DNA of 64,000 nucleotides. Origin: Scyliorhinus canicula. Taxonomy: Eukaryota. Each line of letters starts with the position of its first letter. Positions within the stretch are counted from its first letter, which is position 1. Location of the stretch: contig NC_052157.1 of the NCBI RefSeq assembly GCF_902713615.1, positions 17,222,566 through 17,286,565 on the forward strand. Direction: 5' to 3'. This document shows, in pieces, positions 1 through 11,448 of this stretch. The notes beneath the pieces are model-generated. The model worked only from the letters and a program-made list of their open reading frames with translations, searched no databases and was not told the DNA's origin. Position numbers and translations under genes: made by a program.

Positions 1-116
1 AATTCCCGCTCCCGCCGAATCTCTGGTGCCGGAGACTTCGGGACACGGCGGGGGCGGGATTGACGCCGGCCCCCGGCGATTCTCTGACCCGACGGCGGGG
101 TCGGAGAATCCCTCCC
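1..116. mobile_element. Right end of a GC-rich PIF/Harbinger-type MITE (cut by window start)
   Basis: Ends GGTCGGAGAATCCCTCCC, matching the terminal repeat of the MITEs at 7864-8403 and 58310-58859. Confidence 0.6.
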
Positions 117-1399
117 AAGGAGCCAATCATCCCTCCTCACCTGGGTTTGTAACAATTAGGGGGTATCCCAGCCAGATGGTAACAAACTGAGGGGTCTCGT
201 CTGGATCAACAAATTTGGTGAAACCTGACTAGGGGCTAGTCATAACAGCTGTAAGATGGAATTTATCTGTATACTGCTTTGTTCCTGAGTTAAGTTTCTT
301 CCTTATAGGCTGGTAACCAGCGGCCCGGGAGCTTGGTACATAGCTAGCACTAGCACTGCTCTGTCCTGCCATGGATTCTTCTGACAGCTCTCTCCAGCAC
401 CTCCAGATGTGAGATCCTGGCCAATAGGTACACTGCCTATTTGTGTGTCTGGGCATCTCTTCCTTGTAACAAAATGATCCATCTTCACAGTCCCCTTGCC
501 ATGCTTGTTAGCAGCTAGAAAAGAAACTCACCGTGGTTTGGTGCCAAAAGCACATGTGTACAAATCGCTTGACATCAAGTGTACATGCAGGATGCGGGAC
601 CTGCTCATAGATGCCGCTTATGGATGGAAGACTGCACAGTCTCATTTAGTTCTCATTTAAAATGTGGCCGCGGCCGCCAATCTCAATTTAAATGCTGGTA
701 GGGGCTGTTGGGTGTTTCTCCCAGAATCAGGATCACCTCTCAGGAATGCCGTGACCGATAGCTCGGCAACCCTCCTGACAACCGCCAGTGACCCGCACTT
801 TGAAAAACCCTGAGTTAACGTGGTTACTGAAGAGACGTAATTTAGATATCAATGCAGCACATGACAACTTGATATCTAAGTTTTATCTGTAACCTGTGAA
901 ACTGTAGCAGTAAAAACAAGTTCACAGGGGTGTCAAGGTGAGAGAGTGAATGACTTTGCTCATTATCAGTACAGAATAAAACTGGACTTGATTAACCTTT
1001 GGTTTTTTTGACTACTTTCACTATTTTACACACAATATTTCGTCCACACTTAGGATGTGGGGCAGACACTTGTCGCGGTTGGGAGGGAAAATGCGGCAAG
1101 CTGTCCAAAGTCCATTATTAGCAGGAGAGGCCATAAAATCCCACCCCTGGTTCCACACAGTATTTGTGATGCTGTCTTTTTCAATATATAACAGGTCATG
1201 GAAAGTTTGTAAACTTTATGGCACAGTAGAAGGCCATCCAGCCCATTGTGTCTGCTAGCTGAAAAGAGATGTCAGCCTAATCCCATCTTCCAACTCTTGG
1301 TTTGTAGCCTTGTAGATTATGGCAGTTTTGGTGAAAATGTAACAAAAGAAATGACATGAGGGTTCTTAATCATATCAGCACTAAGATTAAATCATTCAA

Positions 1400-2948
1400 T
1401 TATACCACAAAAAGCAAGCATTTTAGTACAGAGTCCTGCAGAATCACTGGATCACCTTGTCAGCTCCATCAAGATGCCAAATGGTGTTGTTAGAAGTACC
1501 ACGCTGTTGCATTTAACCAGCTCAAGTATACACTCTCAGCTCCTCTAATGCTACAATACAAGTTCAAGCCCCTGTAATCCTACAAACAGATGCCTCCCAG
1601 CACGGCCTTGATGTGGTTTGCATCCAGAATGGCAGGCCAGTAGCTTTCACATCAAGAGCCTTCACTGACACGAAGACTCCTTGTCCAATTCTTTGCTCAT
1701 CAGAAATCACAAGAGTTCATATATGACCGTCCTGTAAGTGTTGAAATTGATCATCAGCCACTCATCACTATTCTTAAAAAGCCTCGTCACCCTGCAGTAA
1801 CTGCAGCACATGATGCTCAGGTACAGCGCTGCAACCTCAGTGTCATCTACAAATGTGGTAAGGAATTGTACCTGCCAGTTTCTCTTTCCAGGGCTTTCCT
1901 GCGCACCACTGGCCAGGCAGACCATGAGGAGGACATTGACATAACCATACAGGTTCCCTTGTCTCATCGTAATGAGGAACTTAAGGATGTCCTCCAGGCC
2001 AATCTCATTTACAGTCAGCTCCATAATGTCATTATGAATGGTAGGCCCGAGTCCTGAAAGGAGCTTCCCAACAAGATCTGCACATTCTTCCCCATGTGAG
2101 TGGGCTGATATTGCCTGGTCAGTGTTCATCATCCTAAACCTAGCAACTCCACCAAGGGCACCCAGGTTTGGAAGCAACCAGGTAGAGGGCAAAGTACTTT
2201 CATAAACTGGCCCTCAATGTATGCAGACATAGAGAGGGAAATATCCAGGTGTGCACCATGCAACACACTCAAGCTGCACCTAGCCAAGGAACCATTGCAT
2301 CTACATGAGGTCCTAGGTCTTCCATAGTCATTCACGATGTCTGATATCTTCGAATGAAGCAGTAAATAGGATAAGCCCTTGACATGTACTTTAAAAAAAA
2401 TAAATTTAAAGTACCCAATTCATTTTTCTTTCCACTTAAGGGGCAATTTATCATGGCCAATCCACCTACCCTGCAAATCTTTGGGGTTGTGAATTATACT
2501 CTGATTCTTTTTAAATCAACCACTAACAGAACTGAAGAGCACCACAGTCATAGGCAAGCTCAAGAGAAACTTTGCCACACACGGCATCCCACAACAGATA
2601 ATGACAGACGACACTCGTCAGTTCATTTCTAGAGAGTTCAGGGACTTTTCATGCATCACGAGTAGTCCCCTGTATCCACTGTCCAACGGCCTGGCAGAAA
2701 GGGCGGTGCATTTAGCCAAGCATCAACTTGAGAAATGTGCCCAAGGCCAAACAGATTTCTATGTTGCATATCTTAGGCTGCAAAATGTGCCAAGGCAGAG
2801 TCTGGTCTCATCAGCGAATGTTCTCCCAGCACACGAGGACCACAATCCCCATTGCCAAGTCCTTCTTGCAACCGCAGGTCAAAAGCAACATGATTTACGT
2901 GCTTATGAAGTGGCGACAAAAGAAACAGGTATTATGATTGAAATATAG
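1400..2948 (+). mobile_element. Degraded Ty3/Gypsy pol remnant (RNase H-integrase), copy 1
   Basis: Hand translation gives LQTDASQHGLDVVCIQNGRPVAFTSRAFTDT (RNase H) and HGIPQQIMTD...TSSPLYPLSNGLAERAV (integrase core); many stops and frameshifts; start approximate. Confidence 0.8.
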
Positions 2949-2950
2949 TA

Positions 2951-3326
2951 AGAAGTTTTACAACACCAGGTTAAAGTCCAACAGGTTTGTTTCAAATCAC
3001 TAGCTTTCGGAGCACAGCTCCTTCCTCAGGTGAATGAAGAGGTGGGTTCCAGAAACATATATATAAACAAAGTCAAAGATGCAAGACGATACTTTGAATG
3101 CGAGTCTTTGCCGGTAATTGAGTCTTTACAGGTCCAGACGGAGCAACTGGAGAGAGGGATAAGCACAAGTTAAAGAAGTGTGAATTGTCCCAAGCCAGGC
3201 CAGATGGTGGGGGGGGGGGGGGGGGTGGGGGGTGAATGTAATGCGACATCAAGCCAAGGTCCCAGTTGAGGCCGTACTCATGTGTGCGGAACTTGGCTAT
3301 AAGTTTCTGCTCGGCGATTCTGTGTT
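2951..3326 (-). mobile_element. Penelope-like element 3' fragment, family A (copy 2 at ~27391-27770)
   Basis: Minus strand encodes the PLE C-terminus RIAEQKLIAKFRTHEYGLNWDLG followed by a pseudo-LTR containing a hammerhead core. Confidence 0.75.
2997..3033 (-). ncRNA. Minimal type I hammerhead ribozyme in Penelope pseudo-LTR
   Basis: Minus strand UCAC-CUGAGGA-A-GGAGC ugu GCUCC-GAAA-GC-UA-GUGA: CUGANGA and GAAA cores, 5-bp stem II, palindromic AGCU stem III, UCAC/GUGA stem I. Confidence 0.75.
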
Positions 3327-3469
3327 ATCCCTCCCTCCAATTTGGGTAACCCCCCCAAATCCTAACCTGGCGAACCCGGAAGCTATGGTCTGTTTCAGGT
3401 CAGTGGTCTTTCATGGGGACTGGGAGAAAATGGAAAAGTAGAAGGTTATAAGCATGTGAAATGGGAAAG

Positions 3470-3775
3470 AGTGGGGTGGCACAGTGGTTAGCACTGTTGC
3501 CTCCAAGGACCCTGGTTCGATTCTGACCTTGGCTGACTGTGTGCGGAGTCTGCACGTTCTCCCTGCGTCTGCGTGGGTTTCCTCCGGGGGCTTCGGTTTC
3601 CTCACACAGTCCAAAGATGTGCAGGTTAGGTGGATTGGCCATGCGCAAATTGCCCCTTCTGGTCCAAAAGATTAATTGAATTTGCGGGGATAGGGTGGGG
3701 GAGTGGGGTTGGGTGGAGTACTCTTTCAATGGGCCGAATGGTCTCCTTCTGCAGAGAGTTTATGATTCCATGAAC
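3470..3775 (+). mobile_element. Older tRNA-derived V-SINE (HE1-like); copy 2 at ~27910-28215
   Basis: A box TGGCACAGTGG, B box GGTTCGATTC, core GGGTTTCCTCCGGG...GTCCAAAGATGTGCAGGTTAGG, CR1-type tail. Confidence 0.8.
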
Positions 3776-4019
3776 AAAGGAAGGTCTGAGACAGGAAAAC
3801 CAAGAGAGATAAAATGACAAAAAATGTACAGGACTGAAGGGAGTAGGAATGGCACAAATACCAGAAGAGGTGTCCAGAAGTGTCAATGCTCATATTTAGT
3901 CCCATCAGAAATTCAGCGACACTACTCTCTGAAGCTTACTGCAGTCACTCACACAGCTAACCCAACAGTTAGTTCCCACTCAGCCTTGGCAATTCCTCCA
4001 CTCATTCAGTCTTTCTGCT

Positions 4020-4280
4020 CTTAGTTTAATATTGGCGGCGGGAGGGGTGGAGAACTACTTAAATGCTTTGTGTAGTCATGAAAATCGAGCAATTCTGAAT
4101 GGAAGGGGTTAAACACATACTTATCAGATCGGGTAAAGGCTAGCCCAGATGGCGGCAAGAGAAGAACAAGACTAAGAGTTACACAATCAATTAAGACTTT
4201 GGACTAAACTTTCTTCACCCCCGCGTCAACAAGACATTTAACGGATTCATCAGTAAGTAAGCGAAGACTATAAATTTGCA
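4020..4280 (+). promoter_or_regulatory. Candidate promoter / non-coding first-exon region of UGT copy 1 (copy 2 at ~28460-28720)
   Basis: Repeat-free island with C/EBP-like GTTACACAAT (4178), HNF4-like AGACTTTGGACT (4194-4205), donor-like CA|GTAAGT (4253) and TATAAAT (~4269); motif matches only. Confidence 0.4.
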
Positions 4281-5162
4281 ATCTGCTGTTGGATAAAATT
4301 AATCTTTCCGACGTGAGCAACTGTTCAGATTCATAGCGAATGTACAAACAATTGTTGTGGGCGCAGAACTAACTGGTCAAGAAACAAATGGCAGTGTAAA
4401 CTGTCCTTTCACAAAGAACCAGAATCCGCACAAAAAAATCAAGAAAAGAACGGTCTGCTGCTTTGCAACCCCAGTCTTGAAAACTCGGTCGCTGGTTTTC
4501 AAGAAGTAAATAAATAATTTAGTGCGTCTCATTTTCTCAGAATGGCGACAGGCTGGGTTCAAAGCAGAAGTGTTGAGGTGGAAAGTACATGTTTGTGAAC
4601 TGACAACCACTCCTCCCGCTGGGGTTCCAGAATTGGCCCGGAGTCTCCAGAAATTGATCAATCTCTCGGACACCGCCGCGATGTACAACCCTGGGGAAAA
4701 CTGTAACATTAAAAGGATGTTGTCAGATTCTTCGAACATTTCTCTTTACCAGGTATAAAAATGTGGAAAACAGGGATTGGGGGGGGGGGGGGGGGAATCA
4801 AGGGGTCTCACCATCCTCCTCCAGTACCTCCCACATTTGTCCAGCTGGGTGAGGCTGGACCTGCCTGTTTCCATCCTTATCTATCTAACTTTGGCAAGAG
4901 CCTTACTTGTAATGGCTTCTTTTCCTGCTCCCACGCTGTTATCCCTGGTGTCACCCAAGGAATTCTCCTTGAACCACCCCCCCCCCCCCGCCCCCTCTCC
5001 CAGTTCCCATCTATACACGCCCTTGGCAACATCACCTGAAAGCACAGCATTACTGACATGCTGCCAATACCCAGCTGTACTTCACCACCACCAACCCCAA
5101 CCCCAACACAGTCACCAGTTTATCAGACCGATTGACATCCAGTGCGGTGAGCAGAAATGTCA

Positions 5163-7398
5163 TTTAAAAAAAAATGTTTTTATTGATATTTTTCATTACA
5201 CACGAACAAAGGTGTGCGGATTGGGTACAATTTACAAAAGCTCTCCACGAGCATCAATCCCCCCCCCCCCCCCCCCCACTCATTTTTATTGTTTTAGGAG
5301 ACTTTATAGGATCACATATTTTGCAGTAGGTGATTGTCATCACAATGCAGCTCTTTCCCTCCCCTTTTCCTCCCCCTTTGTCGATTGGCTCCATCCCGTC
5401 CCCCCCCCCCCCCCCTCCCTTTCCTGTTTTAGGTGTTTCTTTGGGGGTTTTATTCTTTATGGTCTTGCTCTAGGATCCCTATTGTTCATCCCGGCTGTTC
5501 CGGAACCTCCCCCTCCTCTCTCCCTGACCTCCACCTTTTGTGGAAGCCCTCGGATGACGAACTTGATTTTTCTCCAGCTGGAGAAATTCCGACAGGTCTG
5601 CCAGCCAGTCTACAGCTGTGGGTGGTGCTGCTGATCTCCAGCCGAGCAGGATTCTTTGGCGGGCCATTAGGGAAGGACAAGCAAGGGCCCTTGTCGCCAT
5701 AAATAGCTCTGTCCAATACCCCGAAGGCTGCGACTCTTACGCCCTGCGCCATCCTCACCCCCACAACCTTGGGTATTGCCTTGCAGAAGGCTGGCCAGAA
5801 CCCAGCAAATTTGTGGCAGGCCCAGGACACGGGGGCGCGGTACCTGGCACTGTTCACACTTGTCCTCCACCTCCGGGAAGAACCTGCCCCTTCAGATTCT
5901 TGTCAGGTATGCTCTGTGCACCACTTTCAGTTGCATGAGGCTTAGCCATTCGCAACTGGAGGTGGAGTTGGCCCTGTTCAGTACTTTGCCCCACCCTATT
6001 TCCATTCCTAGTTTTTCCTCCCAATTTTCTCATGCTTCGTCTAGTGGGGAGCATGTCCTTTCTAATAGTCATCCATACAGGTACCCATAGTCCCCCCCCT
6101 CCCAGGTTATATGCATCCAGCAATTCCTCTAATATTGTGCATCTCGGGGTCTGTGGGTATGTTGTTGTCTCCTTTACGGAGGAAGGTCTTAAATATAGAT
6201 GTCGGAATTCATTCCTGTTGGTTAGCAGCAGTCTCTCTGTCAGTTCCTCTAGGGCCGCAAGCCTGCCCTCTGTTTAGAAGTCCCTAATAGTCAGTGTCCA
6301 CCTGTACTCTCTCCACCTCCTAAAGGCGGCGTCTAGCATGGCTGGCGCAAACTTGTGGTTGCCGCAGATGGGGGCCATAGTGGACATTTTGGTTGGACAG
6401 AAGTGCTGTCTCTTTTGGCTCCAGGTTCAGTGTGGCTACCACCACTTGGCTTGTTGGGTGTTTGGTTGGCAGGAATGGAAGTGCCCAGAGAGTCGTCCAT
6501 GAAAATAAGCTTTCCTCCATCCTTACCCATTCCATTTCTGGTACTTTCACCCATCCCTCACTCTTTCTGCAGTGGCTGTCCAGTGTTAGTACTGCAGGTT
6601 TGGGAGGGCCGGGCCCCCCATGTTTATTCTTCTTTGTAGGACCTTTTTGGGGATCCTTGGGTCGAGCCCAAGATGGCTCCCAACTCTCTCAGGAGCTTCA
6701 TGGTCCATTCCATTTCGTTTTGTGGGTCTGAGATGCAGAGGAGCATGGAATCTGCAGAGTGAGACTCTGTGCTCTCTGTCTCCTCTTCGGATTCCCTTCC
6801 AGCTTCTCGTGCTCTGAGGGTGATCGCCAGAGGCGCAGTTGTCAGGGTGAGTAGAAAAGGGGACAGCGGGCATCCCTGTATTGTTCCTCTGTGCAGCTGG
6901 AAGTATTCAGAGCTGGTGGTGTTGGTACGTATGCTCACCTTGGGTGCATTAAGCAGGAGTTTCGGCCATGAGGGGAACCCTGTCTCCAGCCCAAACAACT
7001 CTAATACATCAATGAGGTACTTCCACTCGACTCTGTTGAAGGCCTTCTCTGCGTCCAGGGAGATGATCACCTCTGGTGTTCTTTCCCGGAAGGGGTCATT
7101 ATCATGTTTGCAGTCGCCTGATGTTTGTTGTTAGCTGTCTACCCTTAACAAAGCCCTTCTGGTCCTCTGCAGCCACCTCTGGTATGCAGCTCGCAGGCCG
7201 CTTAGCCAGGATTTTTGCAAGTATTTTCACATCCACACAGAGCAGCGAAATGGGTCTGCATGATTCGTTGGGTCTTTGTCTTTCTTGGGTATCAGCGATA
7301 TGGTGGCTTGTGTTAGAGTTGGAGGCAAGGTGCCCCTCTCGAGTGAGTCTGTGAACATCTCCCACAGGTACGGAGCCAGTGCTGTCGCAAATTGTTAG
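5163..7398 (-). mobile_element. 5'-truncated L1/Tx1-clade LINE remnant (copy 2 at ~29948-32210)
   Basis: ORF2 motifs RPISLLCVDVKILAKILA, ISLDAEKAF, RGTIQGCPLSPFL; AGCAGAAAT on both flanks (possible TSD). Confidence 0.85.
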
Positions 7399-7863
7399 AA
7401 GCAGAAATTAGAACTGGTAAATATTAGGAAGACCAAAGCCCCGACTACAAATTCCATTCCATAGCCACCGACCCGGTGCTCCCTCCCACGCATCTACCTC
7501 AGGCTGACCAAGACTGTTCACATCTTTGGTGTGATATATCACTTTGAAACCAGCATCCGACCACACACTCCTGCCACTATTCAGAAAGCCTCTGTAACTT
7601 TGCCAGACTCCGCCCTGGCCTTAGCTCATCTGCCGCTGAAACCCTCGTCCATGCCTTTGTTGTGGACTTGATTCTTCCGACGCACCTTTGGTCAGCTTCC
7701 CATCTTCTACTATCTGTAAACTTGAAGTCACTCAAAACTCAGCCACCCCTGTTCTTACACTCACCCAGTCCCATTCACCCCTCCACCCCGGTACTCAAAG
7801 GCTCCTGGACAAGCAATGCTTTGGCTTTGAAATTCTCATCCTTATTTTCAAGCTCCTCCCTTT

Positions 7864-8403
7864 GGGCGAGGTTCTCCGACCACCCCCCCCCCCCCCCCCC
7901 CCAACCGGGGGTCGGAGAATCGGCGGGGGGCGTGGGCGGCGTGAATCCCGGCCCCACCAGCTGCCGAATTCCCCGGCTTCGGCATGGGAGGGAATCGTGC
8001 CGTGCCGGTTGGCAGCCTCTGGCCATGAATAGGGCCCACCGATCTGCAGGTGGACCAGTGCCGTGGGTCACTCTTTTCCCATGCACCAGCCGTGTAGGCC
8101 TCCACGATGGCCGGCGCGAATGTGAACCCCCCCACTGTGCATGCATGGGGATGATGTCAGCAACCGCTGCACTCCCGCGCCTGCGTGGACCCGTGCAGGC
8201 CGGCAGTGTCCCTTCGACTCCGGCTGGCGTGGCGCCAAAGGTCTTCCATGCCGGCCGATGGGGTGCAAACCACTCCGCCGCCGGCCTAGCCCCTGAACAT
8301 GCAGTGGATTCCGCACCTTTGGGGCCGCCTGATGTCAGAGTGGTTCGCGCCACTCCGCCCCGCCGAGACCTCCCGCCCCGCCAGGTAGGGGAGAATCCCG
8401 CCC
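7864..8403. mobile_element. PIF/Harbinger-type MITE (longer copy 2 version at 34866-36300)
   Basis: Imperfect TIRs GGGCGAGGTTCTCC ... GGAGAATCCCGCCC, GC-rich non-coding interior. Confidence 0.7.
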
Positions 8404-8830
8404 CTGAATTTAGCTAATTCTGCTCTTGAGTATCCCCAATTTTAATTACTGCATCATTGCTGGCCAGGTCCTAAACTGTGGAATTCTTTCCCTCAACAAC
8501 CTTCCACTCGACCTCCCTTTTCCCTCTTTCAGACACTCCTTAAAATCAATCTGTTTTTTGGCTATGCGCGCTAAAATCATCTAATGTGACTTGGTGTCAA
8601 ATGTTGCTTTAAAATTCTCCTGTGAAGCACCTTGGGACGTATTATTAGGTTGTATGTGCGATTTAAATATAAATTGTTGGTGCTGTTGAAGAAACTTGAT
8701 AAACTCTTGTCACGAGCTGCAACTCCAACACAATTTACCAACAGGGCCTCAAGCCTGATTTTGTTTAAGCAAAACACTGTTCTGGTATTAACGGAGTGGA
8801 AACAACGGGAATGTCATATTAATTCCAATG

Positions 8831-8871
8831 TATTCTCGTGTCATTGTTACTTACATTCGATTCTTCAATAG
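8831..8871 (+). promoter_or_regulatory. Splice acceptor in front of the UGT coding exon (copy 2: AG at 37120-37121)
   Basis: Pyrimidine-rich tract ending TTCTTCAATAG|GAATTG, 25 nt before the signal-peptide ATG; conserved in both copies. Confidence 0.6.
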
Positions 8872-8896
8872 GAATTGGACATCTGTCCTTCTGAGT

Positions 8897-10507
8897 ATGG
8901 AGCCTTCTGGATGGAGAAGTCAATTACTGGCTGCTTGTATCCTTACCATCATCACCCTGTCTTGTCCTATTACTGAGGGAGCTAATATATTGGTTGTTCC
9001 TGTTGATGGAAGTCACTGGATCAATATGAGAATTCTAATAGAAGGACTGAAACTTCATGGACACAGTATCACTGTGGTTCATTCCTTAACAGCTTGGTAC
9101 ACCAAGGAGAGGTCTGATCTCTATCGATCCATTGTGGTTCAAACGCAAAAATGCCTTGGCAAGAATGAATCTGAAAAAGTAATACAAAGATATCTACAAA
9201 ACACATTGGCAGTCTCAAACAATGGTCTGATGCCATGGGTCTTCGTTCAGCGAGAACATGAGAAATGGTCTGCTATGCATTCATACCATGCTTGTGCTAG
9301 AGATTTCACCAGTGCAATTTTCAATACTGAAGGAGTGCTGAGGCAACTTGAAGATGCAAAATTTGACTTGCTGCTTACTGATCCTGCTTTTGGCACAGGT
9401 CCAATCCTTGCTTATTATTTAAAACTCCCTTTGGTACATAATGTTCGCTGGTTCATGAGTGGGGAAGCTCATTTCCTCTCTGCCCCATCGCCACCTTCCT
9501 ATATCCCAATCATCGGATCTCAATTTACAGACAAAATGAGTTTTCTACAAAGAACACTAAATGTCATCTTAAATCTTTTTCAACTATCTGCTTCAAGATT
9601 TATTATTCAGCCCATTTACAATGAACTCTGTCATCGCTATCTGGGCCCAGACACAGATATTGAGATGATTCTCCTGAGGGCAGATGTGTGGCTGATGAGA
9701 GTTGATTTTATATTTGAATTCCCGAGACCCACCATGCCAAACATTGTTTACATTGGGGGATTCCAGTGTAAACCATCCAAACCTCTAGCACCAGAGTTTG
9801 AAGAGTTTGTCCAATCCTCAGGGGAACATGGGATTATTGTGATGTCTCTGGGGACCATTATCAGCTCTTTGCCAATGCAAATTACAATGAAAATAGCAGA
9901 GGCCTTTGCTCAAGTACCTCAGAAAGTTATTTGGAGACACGATGGAAAGATCCCTCCCAACATAGGAAATAATACGCTACTGGCAAAATGGATCCCTCAG
10001 AATGACCTTCTAGGGCACCCCAAGATACGAGCATTCATTTCCCATGGTGGCACCAATGGAGTTTATGAAGCTATCTATCATGGGGTGCCAGTAGTTGGCA
10101 TCCCTCTGCTTTTTGACCAGTTTGACAATTTACTCAGACTTGAAACCCGAGGGGCAGCCAAAGTGATTAATGTCGCAGCCATGCAGCCAATAGATCTCTT
10201 GCAAGCACTTCATGAAGTCATAAACAACACGTCCTATCGGGATAACATGCAGAAACTCTCTGCTCTCCACAGGGATCAACCAGAGTCTCCAATGGAGAGA
10301 GCCATTTTCTGGATTGAGTACGTTGCTCGGCACAAAGGTGCAGCACATTTACGCTCAGAATCTTACCGACTCCCCTGGTATGCTTACCATTGTGTAGATG
10401 TGATGATTTTCCTGCTGTCTCTGGTCCTAATGGTTACAGTGCTGACAGTTCTATTGTTGAAGAGACTTTGTACCATTGCTTGGAAGAAGAAACAAAAGAT
10501 TCAGTAA
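8897..10507 (+). CDS. ugt5: UDP-glucuronosyltransferase, single coding exon, UGT5-like (536 aa), paralog 1
   Basis: Signal peptide, catalytic His in DGSHW, TDP Asp, signature WIPQNDLLGHPK..HGGTNG.YEAIYHGVP.VGIPLLFDQ, C-terminal TM helix and KxKxx ER-retrieval end; no introns. The ORF-track ATG at 8828 lies upstream of the acceptor. UGT5 assignment rests on motif resemblance and gene structure. Confidence 0.95.
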   Translation: MEPSGWRSQLLAACILTIITLSCPITEGANILVVPVDGSHWINMRILIEGLKLHGHSITVVHSLTAWYTKERSDLYRSIVVQTQKCLGKNESEKVIQRYLQNTLAVSNNGLMPWVFVQREHEKWSAMHSYHACARDFTSAIFNTEGVLRQLEDAKFDLLLTDPAFGTGPILAYYLKLPLVHNVRWFMSGEAHFLSAPSPPSYIPIIGSQFTDKMSFLQRTLNVILNLFQLSASRFIIQPIYNELCHRYLGPDTDIEMILLRADVWLMRVDFIFEFPRPTMPNIVYIGGFQCKPSKPLAPEFEEFVQSSGEHGIIVMSLGTIISSLPMQITMKIAEAFAQVPQKVIWRHDGKIPPNIGNNTLLAKWIPQNDLLGHPKIRAFISHGGTNGVYEAIYHGVPVVGIPLLFDQFDNLLRLETRGAAKVINVAAMQPIDLLQALHEVINNTSYRDNMQKLSALHRDQPESPMERAIFWIEYVARHKGAAHLRSESYRLPWYAYHCVDVMIFLLSLVLMVTVLTVLLLKRLCTIAWKKKQKIQ

Positions 10508-11115
10508 GGTTGACTACTTTGAATCAGTGGGAGCGGCGCTTTGAGTTCTTCCAATTATACGGAGAGAGTTTAATGCAGTCAGGAAATGCGGGGAATGGCT
10601 TTTTTAGATACTCTATCATGAAATTTAGCAAAGGAAAATATCAAAGGGTGTCAGTATGTCAGTCAATTGAACTCCTTTGTACAGTTATTGACATGGAAAT
10701 GCTGTACTTACATACAATTTAACATGAAAGAACAACATGTTTTTTTCTTAAGTATTATTCAAAGTTAATCATCACATTAGTTCACGTGTGGCCAAGAACA
10801 TAATGTAAGAATGTGAAATTTCTGGGAATCACTGACAGATACCCTCTTCCCCCACAGTGATTTTAACCCCCGCTCTCGAATCAATAACGATATCCACCAC
10901 AGCTCACCGTGGGTTTGTTAGCATGTCTGGTTTCTTTACCAAATGTCCCACTGGTTTTGGTGAGTTAGTGAGCCATGCCATAGCCAGGAAATATTTCCTC
11001 AGCTGCTGCCAGGATCATTTGATATTCATCTTGGGTGTTATCCCCTCTTTGCTCAAGAACGGAATACCATGACTTCTGATTGTAAAATACTGTTACTTAT
11101 ATAGTCCCATATATT

Positions 11116-11121
11116 AATAAA
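11116..11121 (+). terminator. Probable poly(A) signal of UGT paralog 1 (paralog 2: 39365-39370)
   Basis: AATAAA followed by GT/T-rich TTTGTCTGTCTGCCTTTTGGTG; conserved in both copies. Confidence 0.6.
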
Positions 11122-11448
11122 GAAATGTTACTGCATGATTTGTCTGTCTGCCTTTTGGTGATTTTGTCATGTAGAAGCGAGCTTTTTCACACATGGATCC
11201 TAATAGAGAGTTGTTGTGTAATTTGGACCAATTGATTCAGACAATTTCAGTGAGCATTTTGTTGGGAGGTACAAAAGAGGCAATAGAAAATGAAGGTTTT
11301 AATTCCAGAGTAGCTAACAGAAGCAGAGGAATCTGGGGGCATTTGTGCACAAATCCTTGAATGTGCAGGTCAGTTTGAGAAAATGGTTCAAAAGACATAC
11401 AGGATCTTGGACTTCATAGATAGAGGCATGGAGTACAGAGCAATAGGA

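Larger units (their letters stand above)
4850..8690 (+). mobile_element. Old L2-clade LINE remnant interrupted by an L1 and a MITE
   Basis: GVTQGILL (GVPQGS-like) near 4950, NIRKTKA near 7420, L2-type 3' region near 8540-8690; boundaries approximate. Confidence 0.55.

Noticed and set aside
140-215. Two GTAACA + GGGG..TC motifs resembling an LTR end with a tRNA-Pro PBS
   Set aside because: Too degenerate, with no identifiable LTR or internal domain
3470-3545. tRNA-like A/B boxes here and at many other sites
   Set aside because: They are SINE heads continuing into core and tail, not tRNA genes
4777-5634. 285-aa ORF (and 30128-30901, 7662-8417)
   Set aside because: Spans L2, antisense L1 and MITE pieces; frame not conserved between the duplicate copies
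8828-8896. 23-codon N-terminal extension of the UGT ORFs (also 37078-37146)
   Set aside because: The upstream ATG lies before a good splice acceptor; the signal peptide starts at MEPSGW
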